62,022 bases of DNA, taken from IMG/VR virus record IMGVR_UViG_3300033489_000001, positions 1 through 62,022 of that record. One strand, 5' to 3'. Source of the stretch: a virus. Taxonomy: Duplodnaviria > Heunggongvirae > Uroviricota > Caudoviricetes. Below are positions 27,542-38,300 of the stretch, in pieces. Position numbers and translations under genes: made by a program. Below the pieces are notes generated by a model that did not search any database, was not told the origin of the DNA, and was given only the letters and a program-made list of their open reading frames with translations. Positions within the stretch are counted from its first letter, which is position 1; each line of letters begins with the position of its first letter.

Positions 27542-28876
27542 TTATTTGATACCAAAAGCATCCCGGACATCGGGAGCTGTCTGCCAAAGAGCAGATAGTG
27601 ACTCGATGGTAGCGTTATCGGACTTAGCACCGGCACCACCTAGCTTTGCAACTCCAGCAGTAGGACGAGTGCCTACCGTACGGGTAGACGCTGTACGAAT
27701 TGATGCTTGCTTCTCTTGCTCTTGCTCTTGTCCTTTACCTTGATCTTTTTCTTCCTGACTATCATCTTGAGCAAATAAGGTTCGCAGAACTTCATCCTCA
27801 GCACCTAGGTCATCCACTCCAACGTCCATCGGAGCTGGGTCCATCTGAATGTCCCCTTCAGCTAACCCACAACCGGCAAGCATTTGATCCAACACTTGTG
27901 CATCTTGCTGAGCTTGCTGTTGTTGATCCTGAACGGGAGCTTGAGCAGGAGTTTGCTGTTGAGCCTGCTGTTGTTGATCCTGAACAGGAGCTTGAGCAGG
28001 GGCTTGAACAGGGGCTTGTTGCTGTTGAGCTTGCTGTTGCTGCATAGCTTGCTGAATCATCTGTTGAACTTGCTGAGCTACTTGCTGTTGCTGAGCCTGT
28101 TGGCTCTGTTGTTGCTGTTGAGCCTGTTGCTGTTGATCTTGAGCAGGGGCTTGAGCAGGGGCTTGTTGTTGCTGTTGAGCCGTCTCAACCATCTGCTTGA
28201 TTTGCTCTTGAGCCTCAGCGAGCTTTCCGGCCTGAATTTGCTGAATCACCTGTTGCGCCATTTGCTGCATCTCGCCAGCTGTCTTGGCGGGCCAATTCTT
28301 GTTGGATTTCTCGTTTTGATCGTCTTTCTTGCCCTTAGCTTCTTCAGCTTGCTTTTCCTGACCCTGACCCTGATCCTTGGTATCGTCTTTCTTATCTTCT
28401 TCCTGCCCAGCTTGCTTCTCTTGCTCTTTGTCTCCGTCTTTGTCGTCATCTTCATCAGCGGCCATGCGCTTATGAGTATTGATCAACTCTTGATCCGGAA
28501 GGTGCATCAAAGCCACGGCCTGATCTTCGATAGCTTCCGTTGAAGCTTGCTTCAACATGAGCTGAGCTACCGCAATACAAAGATCAGCTTTCTTGAGCAA
28601 GACCTCTTTCGATGCCGTCTTCTCAGTATGATTAAATGTGTCAGGACGTACTTGGGGCATCCCAATCTCATCCCTGGCCGTTTGGTCATCCTTATACTCA
28701 GTCTCCCACGTATTCGGTGAGTGAACATCCTCAGCAAATGCTGATGGATCACCCGAAACATACTTATCCCAAGGAGGTTGAGGATGTTCCTGATTCATTG
28801 TATATGGGTCCGCTGTTTTTAGGGCAGCAAACTTAGTCTGAACTTCTTGACAATTCCAAGTTGAACGTTCACGCAT
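27542..28876 (-). CDS. Prohead scaffolding protein with a Gln-rich low-complexity core
   Basis: Lies between protease and MCP; acidic/Q-rich; short C-terminal helix LSALWQTAPDVRDAF. Confidence 0.7.
   Translation of the reverse strand: MRERSTWNCQEVQTKFAALKTADPYTMNQEHPQPPWDKYVSGDPSAFAEDVHSPNTWETEYKDDQTARDEIGMPQVRPDTFNHTEKTASKEVLLKKADLCIAVAQLMLKQASTEAIEDQAVALMHLPDQELINTHKRMAADEDDDKDGDKEQEKQAGQEEDKKDDTKDQGQGQEKQAEEAKGKKDDQNEKSNKNWPAKTAGEMQQMAQQVIQQIQAGKLAEAQEQIKQMVETAQQQQQAPAQAPAQDQQQQAQQQQQSQQAQQQQVAQQVQQMIQQAMQQQQAQQQQAPVQAPAQAPVQDQQQQAQQQTPAQAPVQDQQQQAQQDAQVLDQMLAGCGLAEGDIQMDPAPMDVGVDDLGAEDEVLRTLFAQDDSQEEKDQGKGQEQEQEKQASIRTASTRTVGTRPTAGVAKLGGAGAKSDNATIESLSALWQTAPDVRDAFGIK
27890..28270. repeat. 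Coding poly-Gln / QAPAQAPVQDQQQQAQ repeats
   Basis: Repeated gcttgagcagg and ctgttgttg units. Confidence 0.85.
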
Positions 28877-28937
28877 GACAGGTTCCTTTTCTTATTCTGG
28901 GCAAGTTAGCTTTACAATAAAAGATTTATAGAAAGAT

Positions 28938-30398
28938 TCACGACCGTCCCAGGGCATATAAGCGACCTTTTTCTAACAATTGGGCCGCTTCATTACCTGT
29001 TACCCTTCCGCCTAATACCTGACGACAAGCCGCCAAGTATGTCTCTACATCTTCATATGGGCCTGTCCCGCCCACACTAAGGACAGTCCTATAAACTCTC
29101 TTTTCACCGGCTATAGATGATTTTTTAGTCATCAAATCCAAAACTCTAGATACGGCTAAGATTTCCCTACCGTTAAAGCCTGCTTTTTTCACCAGAGGCC
29201 AACCTCCATGATTATGAAGGATTAGGCCATAAAGAACTCTCTTACCTTCTTTTGATTTTCCAACAAAAGAAAACACCAAATTAGCAACTTTACGCCATTT
29301 TGGTTGTTGTATTGCCGATCGAATTAGAGATTCGTTCTGTTTATTAGGATTCGCATCCCGAACAGCATTCACTTCCCCCTTACTAATTTCTTTACGTACT
29401 CTCTCTATTACTTGTTCCCGTAAAGTGTTAGTTAGATCTGCAACGGCTTTTTGAATTGGGTCTTCTTCTTTAGATTGTTCAGGTGTCGGCCCACTCTCCG
29501 ATGGAGGATCATCTGCCCACTTTTGATAAGCAGCCTTGAGCATGGCATTAGGGTCAACTACTGGAGGGGGTAGCGTAAATGCCATGTGCATTTTATCTTC
29601 TACCTCTTGAATTTCTTCAGCCGAAAGGATGCTTCTAAGAACTGCACCTCTAAATGCTGGATTAGCAACCCATGACGCTTCTATAAAGCGCACTGAGGAT
29701 GGATCTCGGAAGTTCCCACACAGCTCTGCGGTCTTAGTTTTATGGCCTAATTCATTTACGAATTCTTGGCCTTTAAAAAACTTAACACAATTGCAAAGTT
29801 GAGTCTCGTCGAGGGCTACATTCCCACATTTTGTACACGTCGTAGTCGCTGTACTGCAACCCATCGACAAAGTACCAAGCTGGCCGTTCTTGATAGCCCT
29901 AATCAACGAGGCGTGTTTCAACTCATTGGCAATCAAGATATCTATATATATAGAATCACCAACATCCCGAGCCGCCGCATCAATAATACGACCTCTTGAT
30001 AATTCAGGAATTTGCACATGCTCTACGTAGCTGAATGCACCAATGAAAGTCTTGAATGTAGTAAGCAGAAGCTTACGCTCGAACGAGTCGTTATTATTGT
30101 TAATAAAATTAACAGTGTTAGGAGTGATATAGTAATCAGAATACTTCCGATCGATTTCAAAACCATCTATGAAATGCCGACCTAGTGGAGCTAAAGAGTT
30201 CTCAACATCTACAGAAGCCACGATAGTCGCGTGGCTCAACATATACTTAGATGGATCGTACTCTTGAAGAATTATCTGAGCAGTTTTCTTCTGAAAATCT
30301 GGAGCAGGGATCACTGCATTACGACGCAAAATGTCCCATTCGGCAAATTTAATGTCGGGCTTTTGCAGCGTTGCTCTAGCGTATTTGAGAAAGGCCAT
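28938..30398 (-). CDS. Prohead (maturation) protease, HK97/herpes assemblin-like, with a zinc-ribbon insert
   Basis: NNNNDSF, YVEH, GRIIDA, LSMGC, CTKCG...CNC and FIEASWVANPAF. Confidence 0.85.
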   Translation of the reverse strand: MAFLKYARATLQKPDIKFAEWDILRRNAVIPAPDFQKKTAQIILQEYDPSKYMLSHATIVASVDVENSLAPLGRHFIDGFEIDRKYSDYYITPNTVNFINNNNDSFERKLLLTTFKTFIGAFSYVEHVQIPELSRGRIIDAAARDVGDSIYIDILIANELKHASLIRAIKNGQLGTLSMGCSTATTTCTKCGNVALDETQLCNCVKFFKGQEFVNELGHKTKTAELCGNFRDPSSVRFIEASWVANPAFRGAVLRSILSAEEIQEVEDKMHMAFTLPPPVVDPNAMLKAAYQKWADDPPSESGPTPEQSKEEDPIQKAVADLTNTLREQVIERVRKEISKGEVNAVRDANPNKQNESLIRSAIQQPKWRKVANLVFSFVGKSKEGKRVLYGLILHNHGGWPLVKKAGFNGREILAVSRVLDLMTKKSSIAGEKRVYRTVLSVGGTGPYEDVETYLAACRQVLGGRVTGNEAAQLLEKGRLYALGRS

Positions 30399-30412
30399 AA
30401 AAGATCTTAAAT

Positions 30413-30604
30413 TTATTCCTGGCTCAATTGCTTTGATGTGCTCTTCGCTTTTACACGATGATCATAAGTATGTTTGTACTCATTGTGCTTCTGTAACCGA
30501 CTTTGGATCCAATCAGCTGCGTCATATAAACCACGACGATTGGCCAAGACCACTAGGTCTTTAAGTTGATCCGTTACAGACCTCTGATCAGGCATCATTA
30601 CCAC
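30413..30604 (-). CDS. Small hypothetical protein
   Basis: Translationally coupled between co-oriented genes. Confidence 0.4.
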   Translation of the reverse strand: MVMMPDQRSVTDQLKDLVVLANRRGLYDAADWIQSRLQKHNEYKHTYDHRVKAKSTSKQLSQE

Positions 30605-31323
30605 TCTACCGGCTCCCCTTGCGGTCCAAGAATGTCCGTTACTTTAATAAGGAATAAGTCCCTTGGACACGCGAACAGACGAATCCGAGCACCCTTATCC
30701 ATCTTATAGGTTGTCCTACGCATTCGTGTTGCACACTTAGGACACACCGGTCTTCGTGCTTGCATATCTTCTAACGTAGCTCGATATTGACGGTTTTGAG
30801 CAATCCAATAGGCAGCAATTTTTACCGCGTGCTGTCGGATTCTGAGGTCAGTTAGATTAGACGCTACACGATAGAACTTAGAAACTTCATCCCGAAGGGA
30901 ATCATCGGAAATGCCTTGTGCAGAGTAACGATGCCAAAGATTGTCATAAGCGGCAACTTCTTCAGATCCCTGACTCCATACTCTGGCTAACTCATGATAG
31001 AATCCAGCGGGTAGAGCCGAACCTCTCCAAGGATTTGAAGAAGCCCACTTTGAACGAGCTTTCTGAATATCATAACTCGAATAGGACTGATCAAACTCCG
31101 GGGGAAGCCAAGTTGAAATCTTAGGATCAACCCTAACGATTTCATCCGGGGACATACGTTCGTTAGCGTAAGGAAATTGCACGTCCACCTGGCCCAAACC
31201 TCGATGAACCGCTGTTACACGGCCCACAAAGGGAGACAGAGAATAGCCCCTAGCTCCTGGAGCAAAGCGCTGTACAATGTCCCCTTGGCTAAAGTCTTTT
31301 ACCAATTTCCAGAGATTGATCAC
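30598..31323 (-). CDS. Hypothetical head-region protein (SH3-like N-terminus, C-terminal zinc ribbon)
   Basis: GRVTAV..G.VDVQFP; CPKC...CPRD. Confidence 0.55.
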   Translation of the reverse strand: MINLWKLVKDFSQGDIVQRFAPGARGYSLSPFVGRVTAVHRGLGQVDVQFPYANERMSPDEIVRVDPKISTWLPPEFDQSYSSYDIQKARSKWASSNPWRGSALPAGFYHELARVWSQGSEEVAAYDNLWHRYSAQGISDDSLRDEVSKFYRVASNLTDLRIRQHAVKIAAYWIAQNRQYRATLEDMQARRPVCPKCATRMRRTTYKMDKGARIRLFACPRDLFLIKVTDILGPQGEPVEW

Positions 31324-31370
31324 AAGTTGAGCCTCTTAAAAACGGGTTCTACTTTAAACGCAAAAAATGT

Positions 31371-34169
31371 TTACGGAGCAAGCGGGCGGCCGGTTGAAGA
31401 CTTACCATGATGAACAGCCGAAGACTGATCATCTCCATAAGCCTTCATGTAGGGCTCATTTGCCTCGGTCTGAATCGGAGCCATCGGATTACGGAATGCA
31501 TCCATGTACCCTTCGTCCGCATCCTTCTGGATTACCTCAGCCGTCTTCCCAATAAGCTGAGCCTGACGAATGGTAAGAGACTTCTCACCGTAGGCCGCTT
31601 TCTCCAAGTCGTCAGCAATCTTGTCGATCTCGTTTACGATAGCCTTAGCTGCCGCAAACTTGATGCCCCAAGCTTCGTGCTTTTCCTGTACCACAGCCGC
31701 TGTGCGATCCAAACGGGCAAGAAATTGATCAACAATTTGACTATTCAATTCTACTTTAGACATCTTTTCCCTCACTGTTTTTGAGTTAGCCGTAACCGTC
31801 AATAAAGTCTCGTCTTGAGGCTTTGCAGCCAAACGAGACAAAAGATTGTTATATAAAGTCGGATGAATTGCATGATCGTAATTTTCACTACGAAGCGCAA
31901 GATCAAGAGCAGCTCTTATTTGTGTATCCCTAACTATCCCCTCAATATTAGTGGACAATACGGGCGTCTTGAGCCATTCCCGAGCAACTTTCAATAACCG
32001 AGTAAAATCTTGCTCGGTTAGATCCCTAGCACTAGGTTGTTCCCAACCTGGATAGGGATGGACCTTTCCGGGGGCCACACCCCAATAAACAGCGTTACGC
32101 TTCATATTATCCATCGTAAAAGGATTGGAATAAGTAAAAAAAGAATTAAAAAGATAACGTGACGCTACTCTGGCAATAATTTCATTCCTGGCGGTTCTCT
32201 TCTTGAAGGAATCCCAAAGCTGCCCTGCTGACTCCTCTAACTGTTGAGGCTTTTTACGCTTCAAATCATATCGGGGCGGTTTTATAGGCTCTTGAGGCTC
32301 AAAAATTCCTCTAACTATTAACCGATCAACACCGGAAGGAGGTGGTTCAAGCTTTGGGTCAAAAGTTGATTGAACCAAATAGTTGGCCTGTTCTTTATTA
32401 AAATCTCTTTCCGCTTTTTCCTTCTCTTTTTGATACTTACTCAATGTCCTCTTGTGCTTCCTAAGAGCTTTATCGTAATAATGATTGTCCTCCACATCTA
32501 AACGTTCTTGAACTTCTGGTACTTTCTCAGGAACTAAAGCCCTAAGCTGCCGCAATACCCGCTCTTGAAAAGTTATAGCGGTGTCCTGCATAGTGGTGCC
32601 CTCAGGGTAACGTTCCGTCCGTTTCCTGAGCATATTCATAGCGTCACCCAAACCCCTAGCAATCTCTCTCGACGGCTGTTGCTCAGAAATAGCATCCTTT
32701 GACTCAGGGTCTAAAAATTGTCTACGCGCATCCTGATAATCCCGAGCTTGAAAATAAGCCACGGCTACTTTTTTTGCCGCAGGGTCTTTATCTGTTGCCT
32801 TCAAAACTTTTTCTATAGTTTGTTCTGAAAGAGGCTTATCCTCAGTTAATTCAAGAGCCTTATAGAAGAGCTTTCCCGCTTTTTCAGAAGCTCTCCTATC
32901 ACGATCTGTGGGAGATTCCTTATGCCCCGATAACGTAAAATCGGCTAAATCATCGGCTAAATCTTTAGGAACCCCGGCATTAGCTTCAAAACTTCGTGCA
33001 ATAGCACTTCGAGCCCCCAAACTCATAGCTAACGTTTGAATTTGATGTTTGCGGAGCGCTTTGGTTTGCTCAACCTCAGGCAAATCTTTATAAGGGACTT
33101 CTTCCCCTCCCTTATTTATAGCCGTCTTCGGAGGTGCAACTTTATTAGGATCTGTTGTATATACCTTAGAGATACTCTCACGAACTTTGTCAATAGCATT
33201 CAACCTTACAGGGAGAGCCCGAGCGGTATGGTAATCAGAAATTAAGGTGCTAACCTCATCCGGATGTATAGGAGGCCTAACCAACATCAAACTCACAGCG
33301 GTCTCTGTTGGAAAAGTTTGAATCAGTTGCCTCTGCGCGGCACTCAACTCATCCCTGGTATAAGGACGGGATGGAGCCCCCGGAGCTATCTCTGGTTTGA
33401 ACTCTTCAGGTGTCTTGGACTTGGTTTCCTTAGGTACCTTGGGCTTAGTTTCCTTTTCTTTCTTAGCTTCCGGTTCCTTAGTCTTTTTAGGTTTCTTAGC
33501 TTCTGGAAGTTCCTTAGTTAAAAGAACACGCTGCAAATCTCCCATGGTCTTGATACCCTTAGGAGGAGTTCGACCACGCATAAACTGACCTATTGGAGTA
33601 TCAGGGGCTGATTTTGCCCACTGAAACATATCGGACTCAGGGGTTGTAAAATCTTTAAGAATGGAAGCAAATTCAGGATCGTCTTTAGCTAGCTCATTAA
33701 GAGCTAGCTTTGTCTCAGGGTCCGATAATTTTTTACCCTCTTCTCCTTTTGACGGTTTTTCTTCTAAGGGTTTCTTCTCCTTAGTAGGTGTTTTCTCCGA
33801 AGATTTTTCCTCTTCTTCTACTGTTTCATATTCAGCAGGTGAACCTTTCACGGTCTCCGGACTAACCCAACCTATCCAACCCGTATCCTTCTTAATAACC
33901 TTGACCTTACCCTCGGATTCGGGCTTACCTTTCGCCCAACGATTAACAATTCGGGCAGAAAGAGAGCCCCCAATGGTCTTATAATTCCGGGATAAATCGT
34001 GATCCCCTTTCAAATCGTGATCAGAATCCACATCCTGATCACGATCCGATTGCATCTCTTCCCTACGCCGGTCGGGACGAGGAGGTTTAACTTTAGGGCT
34101 CTCCCGTACTAAACGTTCAGCCTCTTCGTTCTCACGTTCCAGTTCAGTCTTTGTTGCTAAGCGCCACAT
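31371..34169 (-). CDS. Large charged putative internal head protein (possible internal start near MDNMKRN)
   Basis: Lys/Glu-rich; contains RIVNRW and RVASRY tag-like motifs; lies in the head module. Confidence 0.55.
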   Translation of the reverse strand: MWRLATKTELERENEEAERLVRESPKVKPPRPDRRREEMQSDRDQDVDSDHDLKGDHDLSRNYKTIGGSLSARIVNRWAKGKPESEGKVKVIKKDTGWIGWVSPETVKGSPAEYETVEEEEKSSEKTPTKEKKPLEEKPSKGEEGKKLSDPETKLALNELAKDDPEFASILKDFTTPESDMFQWAKSAPDTPIGQFMRGRTPPKGIKTMGDLQRVLLTKELPEAKKPKKTKEPEAKKEKETKPKVPKETKSKTPEEFKPEIAPGAPSRPYTRDELSAAQRQLIQTFPTETAVSLMLVRPPIHPDEVSTLISDYHTARALPVRLNAIDKVRESISKVYTTDPNKVAPPKTAINKGGEEVPYKDLPEVEQTKALRKHQIQTLAMSLGARSAIARSFEANAGVPKDLADDLADFTLSGHKESPTDRDRRASEKAGKLFYKALELTEDKPLSEQTIEKVLKATDKDPAAKKVAVAYFQARDYQDARRQFLDPESKDAISEQQPSREIARGLGDAMNMLRKRTERYPEGTTMQDTAITFQERVLRQLRALVPEKVPEVQERLDVEDNHYYDKALRKHKRTLSKYQKEKEKAERDFNKEQANYLVQSTFDPKLEPPPSGVDRLIVRGIFEPQEPIKPPRYDLKRKKPQQLEESAGQLWDSFKKRTARNEIIARVASRYLFNSFFTYSNPFTMDNMKRNAVYWGVAPGKVHPYPGWEQPSARDLTEQDFTRLLKVAREWLKTPVLSTNIEGIVRDTQIRAALDLALRSENYDHAIHPTLYNNLLSRLAAKPQDETLLTVTANSKTVREKMSKVELNSQIVDQFLARLDRTAAVVQEKHEAWGIKFAAAKAIVNEIDKIADDLEKAAYGEKSLTIRQAQLIGKTAEVIQKDADEGYMDAFRNPMAPIQTEANEPYMKAYGDDQSSAVHHGKSSTGRPLAP

Positions 34170-34216
34170 CTATACTAAAGGTAAACATAGAAAGATTAGA
34201 TTCCTAAGCTCTAATC

Positions 34217-35326
34217 TTAAAGAGAAGTAATAACTGATCTTTGATCCCACCCACGAGGGATGTCTTTTGATCGCATAAACCTTAAAACTGTCATGCGACC
34301 GACACCTAAAGTTCTAGCTATTGAAGAAATTGACATATTCTCATCATATAAATTAATAAACTTTTTCACTAAAGTAGCATCTGCAAACTTTTTAGGACAC
34401 CCAATAGGTGTTGCGTAATTCAATCCTGAATTATTCAATCGTCTCCTAATAGCCGATGGTGAAACAAACAATTCTTTGGCTGCACGTTTAATCGGAATCC
34501 TATCATTATGCATAGTAACTTGGTATTGTTTTGTAACCTTTAAATCTAGTAGCCTTTTCTCAGATTCTAAAAATTTAGGATGTAACTTATACTCCATACA
34601 AAGATGAATGTACGGTCTAACTAGTTCCAAAAATTTGAGAGCAGCTACCTCCCCCCTAATCTCAAAACGACCTGCACTACCCCTTAGTCCTTCAATCCAA
34701 ATTGGATTAAATCCAAATTTTTCCAATATAGAATGGCACGTTTTTTTACTATCTATGTCTAATCCAAAAGCTAAAGACGGCCACCACCCTGCCGAACCGT
34801 CATCCATATACCAAACAGCAAGGGCAAAAGGATCTACTAATTCTATAACTTCAGACTTAAACCTCTTGTTCCTTTCTCCAAAAGAATAGAACAAGTCATA
34901 GTAATAGTTAAGGCAAGCATGGGATCTGGTAAAGAATGAAACATAAAAAACCTTAACCCCATCTTCACGAACGTAGAAAGAATTTCTTTCATAGATAGGA
35001 TGAGGCGCCCATTCTTCCCCCCATATAGCCCGCTTCCACTCTAAATACGAAAGTTGCTCAGGGCAATGCCCCTCTTGATATCGAGCACTACGAGGATACT
35101 TTAGCATCCCCCCATCACCCAGCATAGATCCAATAAGTAATGACTTTAACTCACCTTGAATCTCAGGTAAACAATATCTATCAGTGCGATTTAAAGTAGG
35201 GATTTGAAACTTTCGCCTCCAATACCATACTTTGTTGGAACCAACTCCTAACAAATCAGCTATCTGATCACTAGTTAGTTTTTCAATTAGGCACAGATGT
35301 TCAAGAAGATTTTTATCAATTTTCAT
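34217..35326 (-). CDS. Free-standing LAGLIDADG homing endonuclease with HTH domains
   Basis: LLIGSMLGDG and ALAVWYMDDGS. Confidence 0.88.
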   Translation of the reverse strand: MKIDKNLLEHLCLIEKLTSDQIADLLGVGSNKVWYWRRKFQIPTLNRTDRYCLPEIQGELKSLLIGSMLGDGGMLKYPRSARYQEGHCPEQLSYLEWKRAIWGEEWAPHPIYERNSFYVREDGVKVFYVSFFTRSHACLNYYYDLFYSFGERNKRFKSEVIELVDPFALAVWYMDDGSAGWWPSLAFGLDIDSKKTCHSILEKFGFNPIWIEGLRGSAGRFEIRGEVAALKFLELVRPYIHLCMEYKLHPKFLESEKRLLDLKVTKQYQVTMHNDRIPIKRAAKELFVSPSAIRRRLNNSGLNYATPIGCPKKFADATLVKKFINLYDENMSISSIARTLGVGRMTVLRFMRSKDIPRGWDQRSVITSL

Positions 35327-35328
35327 CC

Positions 35329-38300
35329 CTAGTAACGGCTTTCCGGATCTTCCTCTTTCTTAGGAAGCACTTTAAGCTTTAAAGCTTGGATAATGCGATC
35401 CCCCACATTGGTCTCATCTACAATCTTTTGCGCCACTGAACTATAAATCCCTCTAAGCACTTCGTTGAACAAGGCGTCATTAACCGTAAATAAGTCCTTC
35501 TCCAACCTGACTCTAGTGTCATCCGCATCAATATTAAATAATTCCAACAAGACGGTTATATCTATCGATCCCTTCTGGTAAAGGTTAAATAACGCATCAT
35601 AAGTATCCTGCGAATCACGAAGCGGAAGCCGCGTGAAAGACAACCTAGGAAATAATACAACCTCTTCCCCCCAAGCATTTTTCTCAACAAACCCCTTGCG
35701 ACGTGCAACGGGCTCGAAGAGATAGGTCTCTACATATTCTTGCACCATTTCACGCAAGAATAAGTAACGAGTATTAATGACTTCTAGCTTGAGCCTATCC
35801 CCTGCATATAAAGTTTCACCCGAAAGCAAACTTTCAGTTACCCCAAGTCCAGAATAAAGCTGCTTATCCGTTATCTCATACTCACTAGCAAGATCTAATA
35901 AACGATCTCGAGCCCCCATTTCTTCCCAATGAACTTCATAGTTGGTGACAATTGAGTAGTCGGGGTCTACGAGGGCCAAATCTACCTGCTCTCTCAAATC
36001 TAAGACATCCATTTCAGAGATTCGATCAGCCCATACAATTCGCTTAGGTGTCATGGCTCTTGAAGCAATTTGTGTCTGAGCTTGCCGAAGCTTATCGCGA
36101 TACATGAGAACCCTAAGGCAATTTCTAGTGGCTACCCAAGAAGCGAAAAAAGTATGATCCTCATGTACATTTAAACTGTAAATCAATCCCTCATGATGTG
36201 CTTCATTAACTTTTGAAACACGATAATACAAACGGTTATTATACAAAACATGCCTAGAACCAGATTTACCATCTTTCCAAACAATTGGATTTTCTTTCTT
36301 AGCTAAGAAACCCGAATCAAAAAAGTTTCTAACTGTAGGGGCATGAGAAAAATGAATTGAATATGATGGTTTAGCCCAAGCTAAAGTTCCATTGGGCTGT
36401 TTAACCCAACGGCTTTTAGTAGGTTTAGTCTTTGAAGCCGGAATGCCTAATGACAAACAAAGCAAAAGTAATTGATCAGCTAAGATTAAGTTAGAATTAC
36501 TTAGTCTAACGCTAATGCAACCCCACTTCTTTACTATCACGTCCCCGTCAGAATCGACAAAACCCCTAAGTAAACCATACAGAAATTCTTGTGGAGCATC
36601 ATAGATCCATTCCGGTAAATGTTTATCATCACCATTATACCCAAAATTCGAGCTAACCCATCTAGCAAACACATCATGACAATACGCAACTAAATGCATA
36701 GATGAAGATGAAACACTATCTCTCCATTTAGCTCCTAACTTCTCTAAAACAGGCCAGATATGTCCCATAGAAAGGACTGAAAGAGATTCCTTTTCACTAT
36801 AGACTAAATTAAATAACTCCCCTAATGTAACTTTAGTGATATAACCATCACCGAGAAAATAGCCCAACAAATAGCCCAGATCAGAATCTAACTTAAGCCA
36901 CCTGGGAAATGTTTGTTCAAAGTTTACTTCAGAAGAGACTCTAATTTTGTTCAAATTGGGTGGAAAGATAATTTGTTTACCTTTAGTAACCGTAACACCA
37001 TATCCAAGTTGAATAAGATCGTATCGTAATTCTTTAAGAGTTATACTTTTAAGCCCAAACTTTTCACAAACTTGAGCTGACCGCATCTGGACTGGAGAAT
37101 CAATCGTTTCTGCCCATGCAAGAAGTTCATTTAAATCCTCTAACCGTCCTAACTTTTTAGGATTCGTCTCATCACGCTGATATTTTACAGTGAAATTATT
37201 CTCATCTTTTTCAACAACTCTTAGATTAAGAACAGAGCTATTGCCTGATCTCTTAGCGGTATAAACAGACGAAGCTCCATCTATAAAATCTGCTAGATCA
37301 AATTCAGTAATTGACTCAGATAATGGTACTTGAGGTACTTGTAAACAATCTCCTGATCTAATGTTCTCTGCTAGTACATCAACCAAAGTGCCTTTTCGAA
37401 GAACCTGATACTTATGGTCTCTGGTGCAACCAATTGGAGGGTACACTTTTGAGATATTAAGCAAAGAAACCAATTCTGATATCTTTCGCACACCAATTTC
37501 AAATTCACACCAATGTCCAGAAGCACTGAGAACAAAATCAGTATCAGGATCTAACTCCTCTATAGGTACCTGTTGAATCAACCCTTCCCTTTTAATTAGA
37601 ATCAGGGTTCCAGGTAGATGGCATCTGTCCAGTATACTCTGCCCTAAATCCTCCCCGGCCCCTTTTCTTCCCGACATATAATAGCAAAAAGAGCCTTCAT
37701 CCGGATCTGTTCCAAGAGGAATTAGTTTTCCTTGCTCAAGATGCTCACGCACCTCTTCTGGAATCTCTTCGACCATCTCCTCAGCAAAGGCATCCCCCGC
37801 CTTTGCTTGATTGATAAGAGCACGATCCTTATCCGCTGGAATCAATTCAATACGCATTTTGTCAGTAAACGAATAGGTCGTAATCTTAACTTGATCAATA
37901 GGCAAAACAATAAGGCGGTCCCAACCCTTATAATGCTTCTGGTAGTATGCTAACTCTTGATCCTCATAGTCTTCGCTCCTAACCAGATCAACTCCAGGCT
38001 CCTCTTTTGCCTCCCCTTCATCTGTAATAACTGACTTGACGCCATTTTGCTTTTTTTCATATCCAAGATCGGCCGGAACATCTACAGTTGAATCTTCAGC
38101 CCAACAGAATACGCCACCGTCAAGCCAATAGTGATGCACCATTGTAACGAGTCTTTGGAACAGCTTGATTCGCTTACACATTCCCGTGAAAAACCAAAGA
38201 ATATATTCAGCGTAATCATGGGGATCTTTAAACCCTTTTGGACAAGTGATTGGTTTAGGTATAGCCAATCTAACTTTGGATAAAGGTAGTTCCGTGTGTA

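Noticed and set aside
27884-28543. 219-aa Leu-rich plus-strand ORF resembling a membrane protein
   Set aside because: It is the antisense shadow of the CAG/CAA poly-Gln scaffold repeats.
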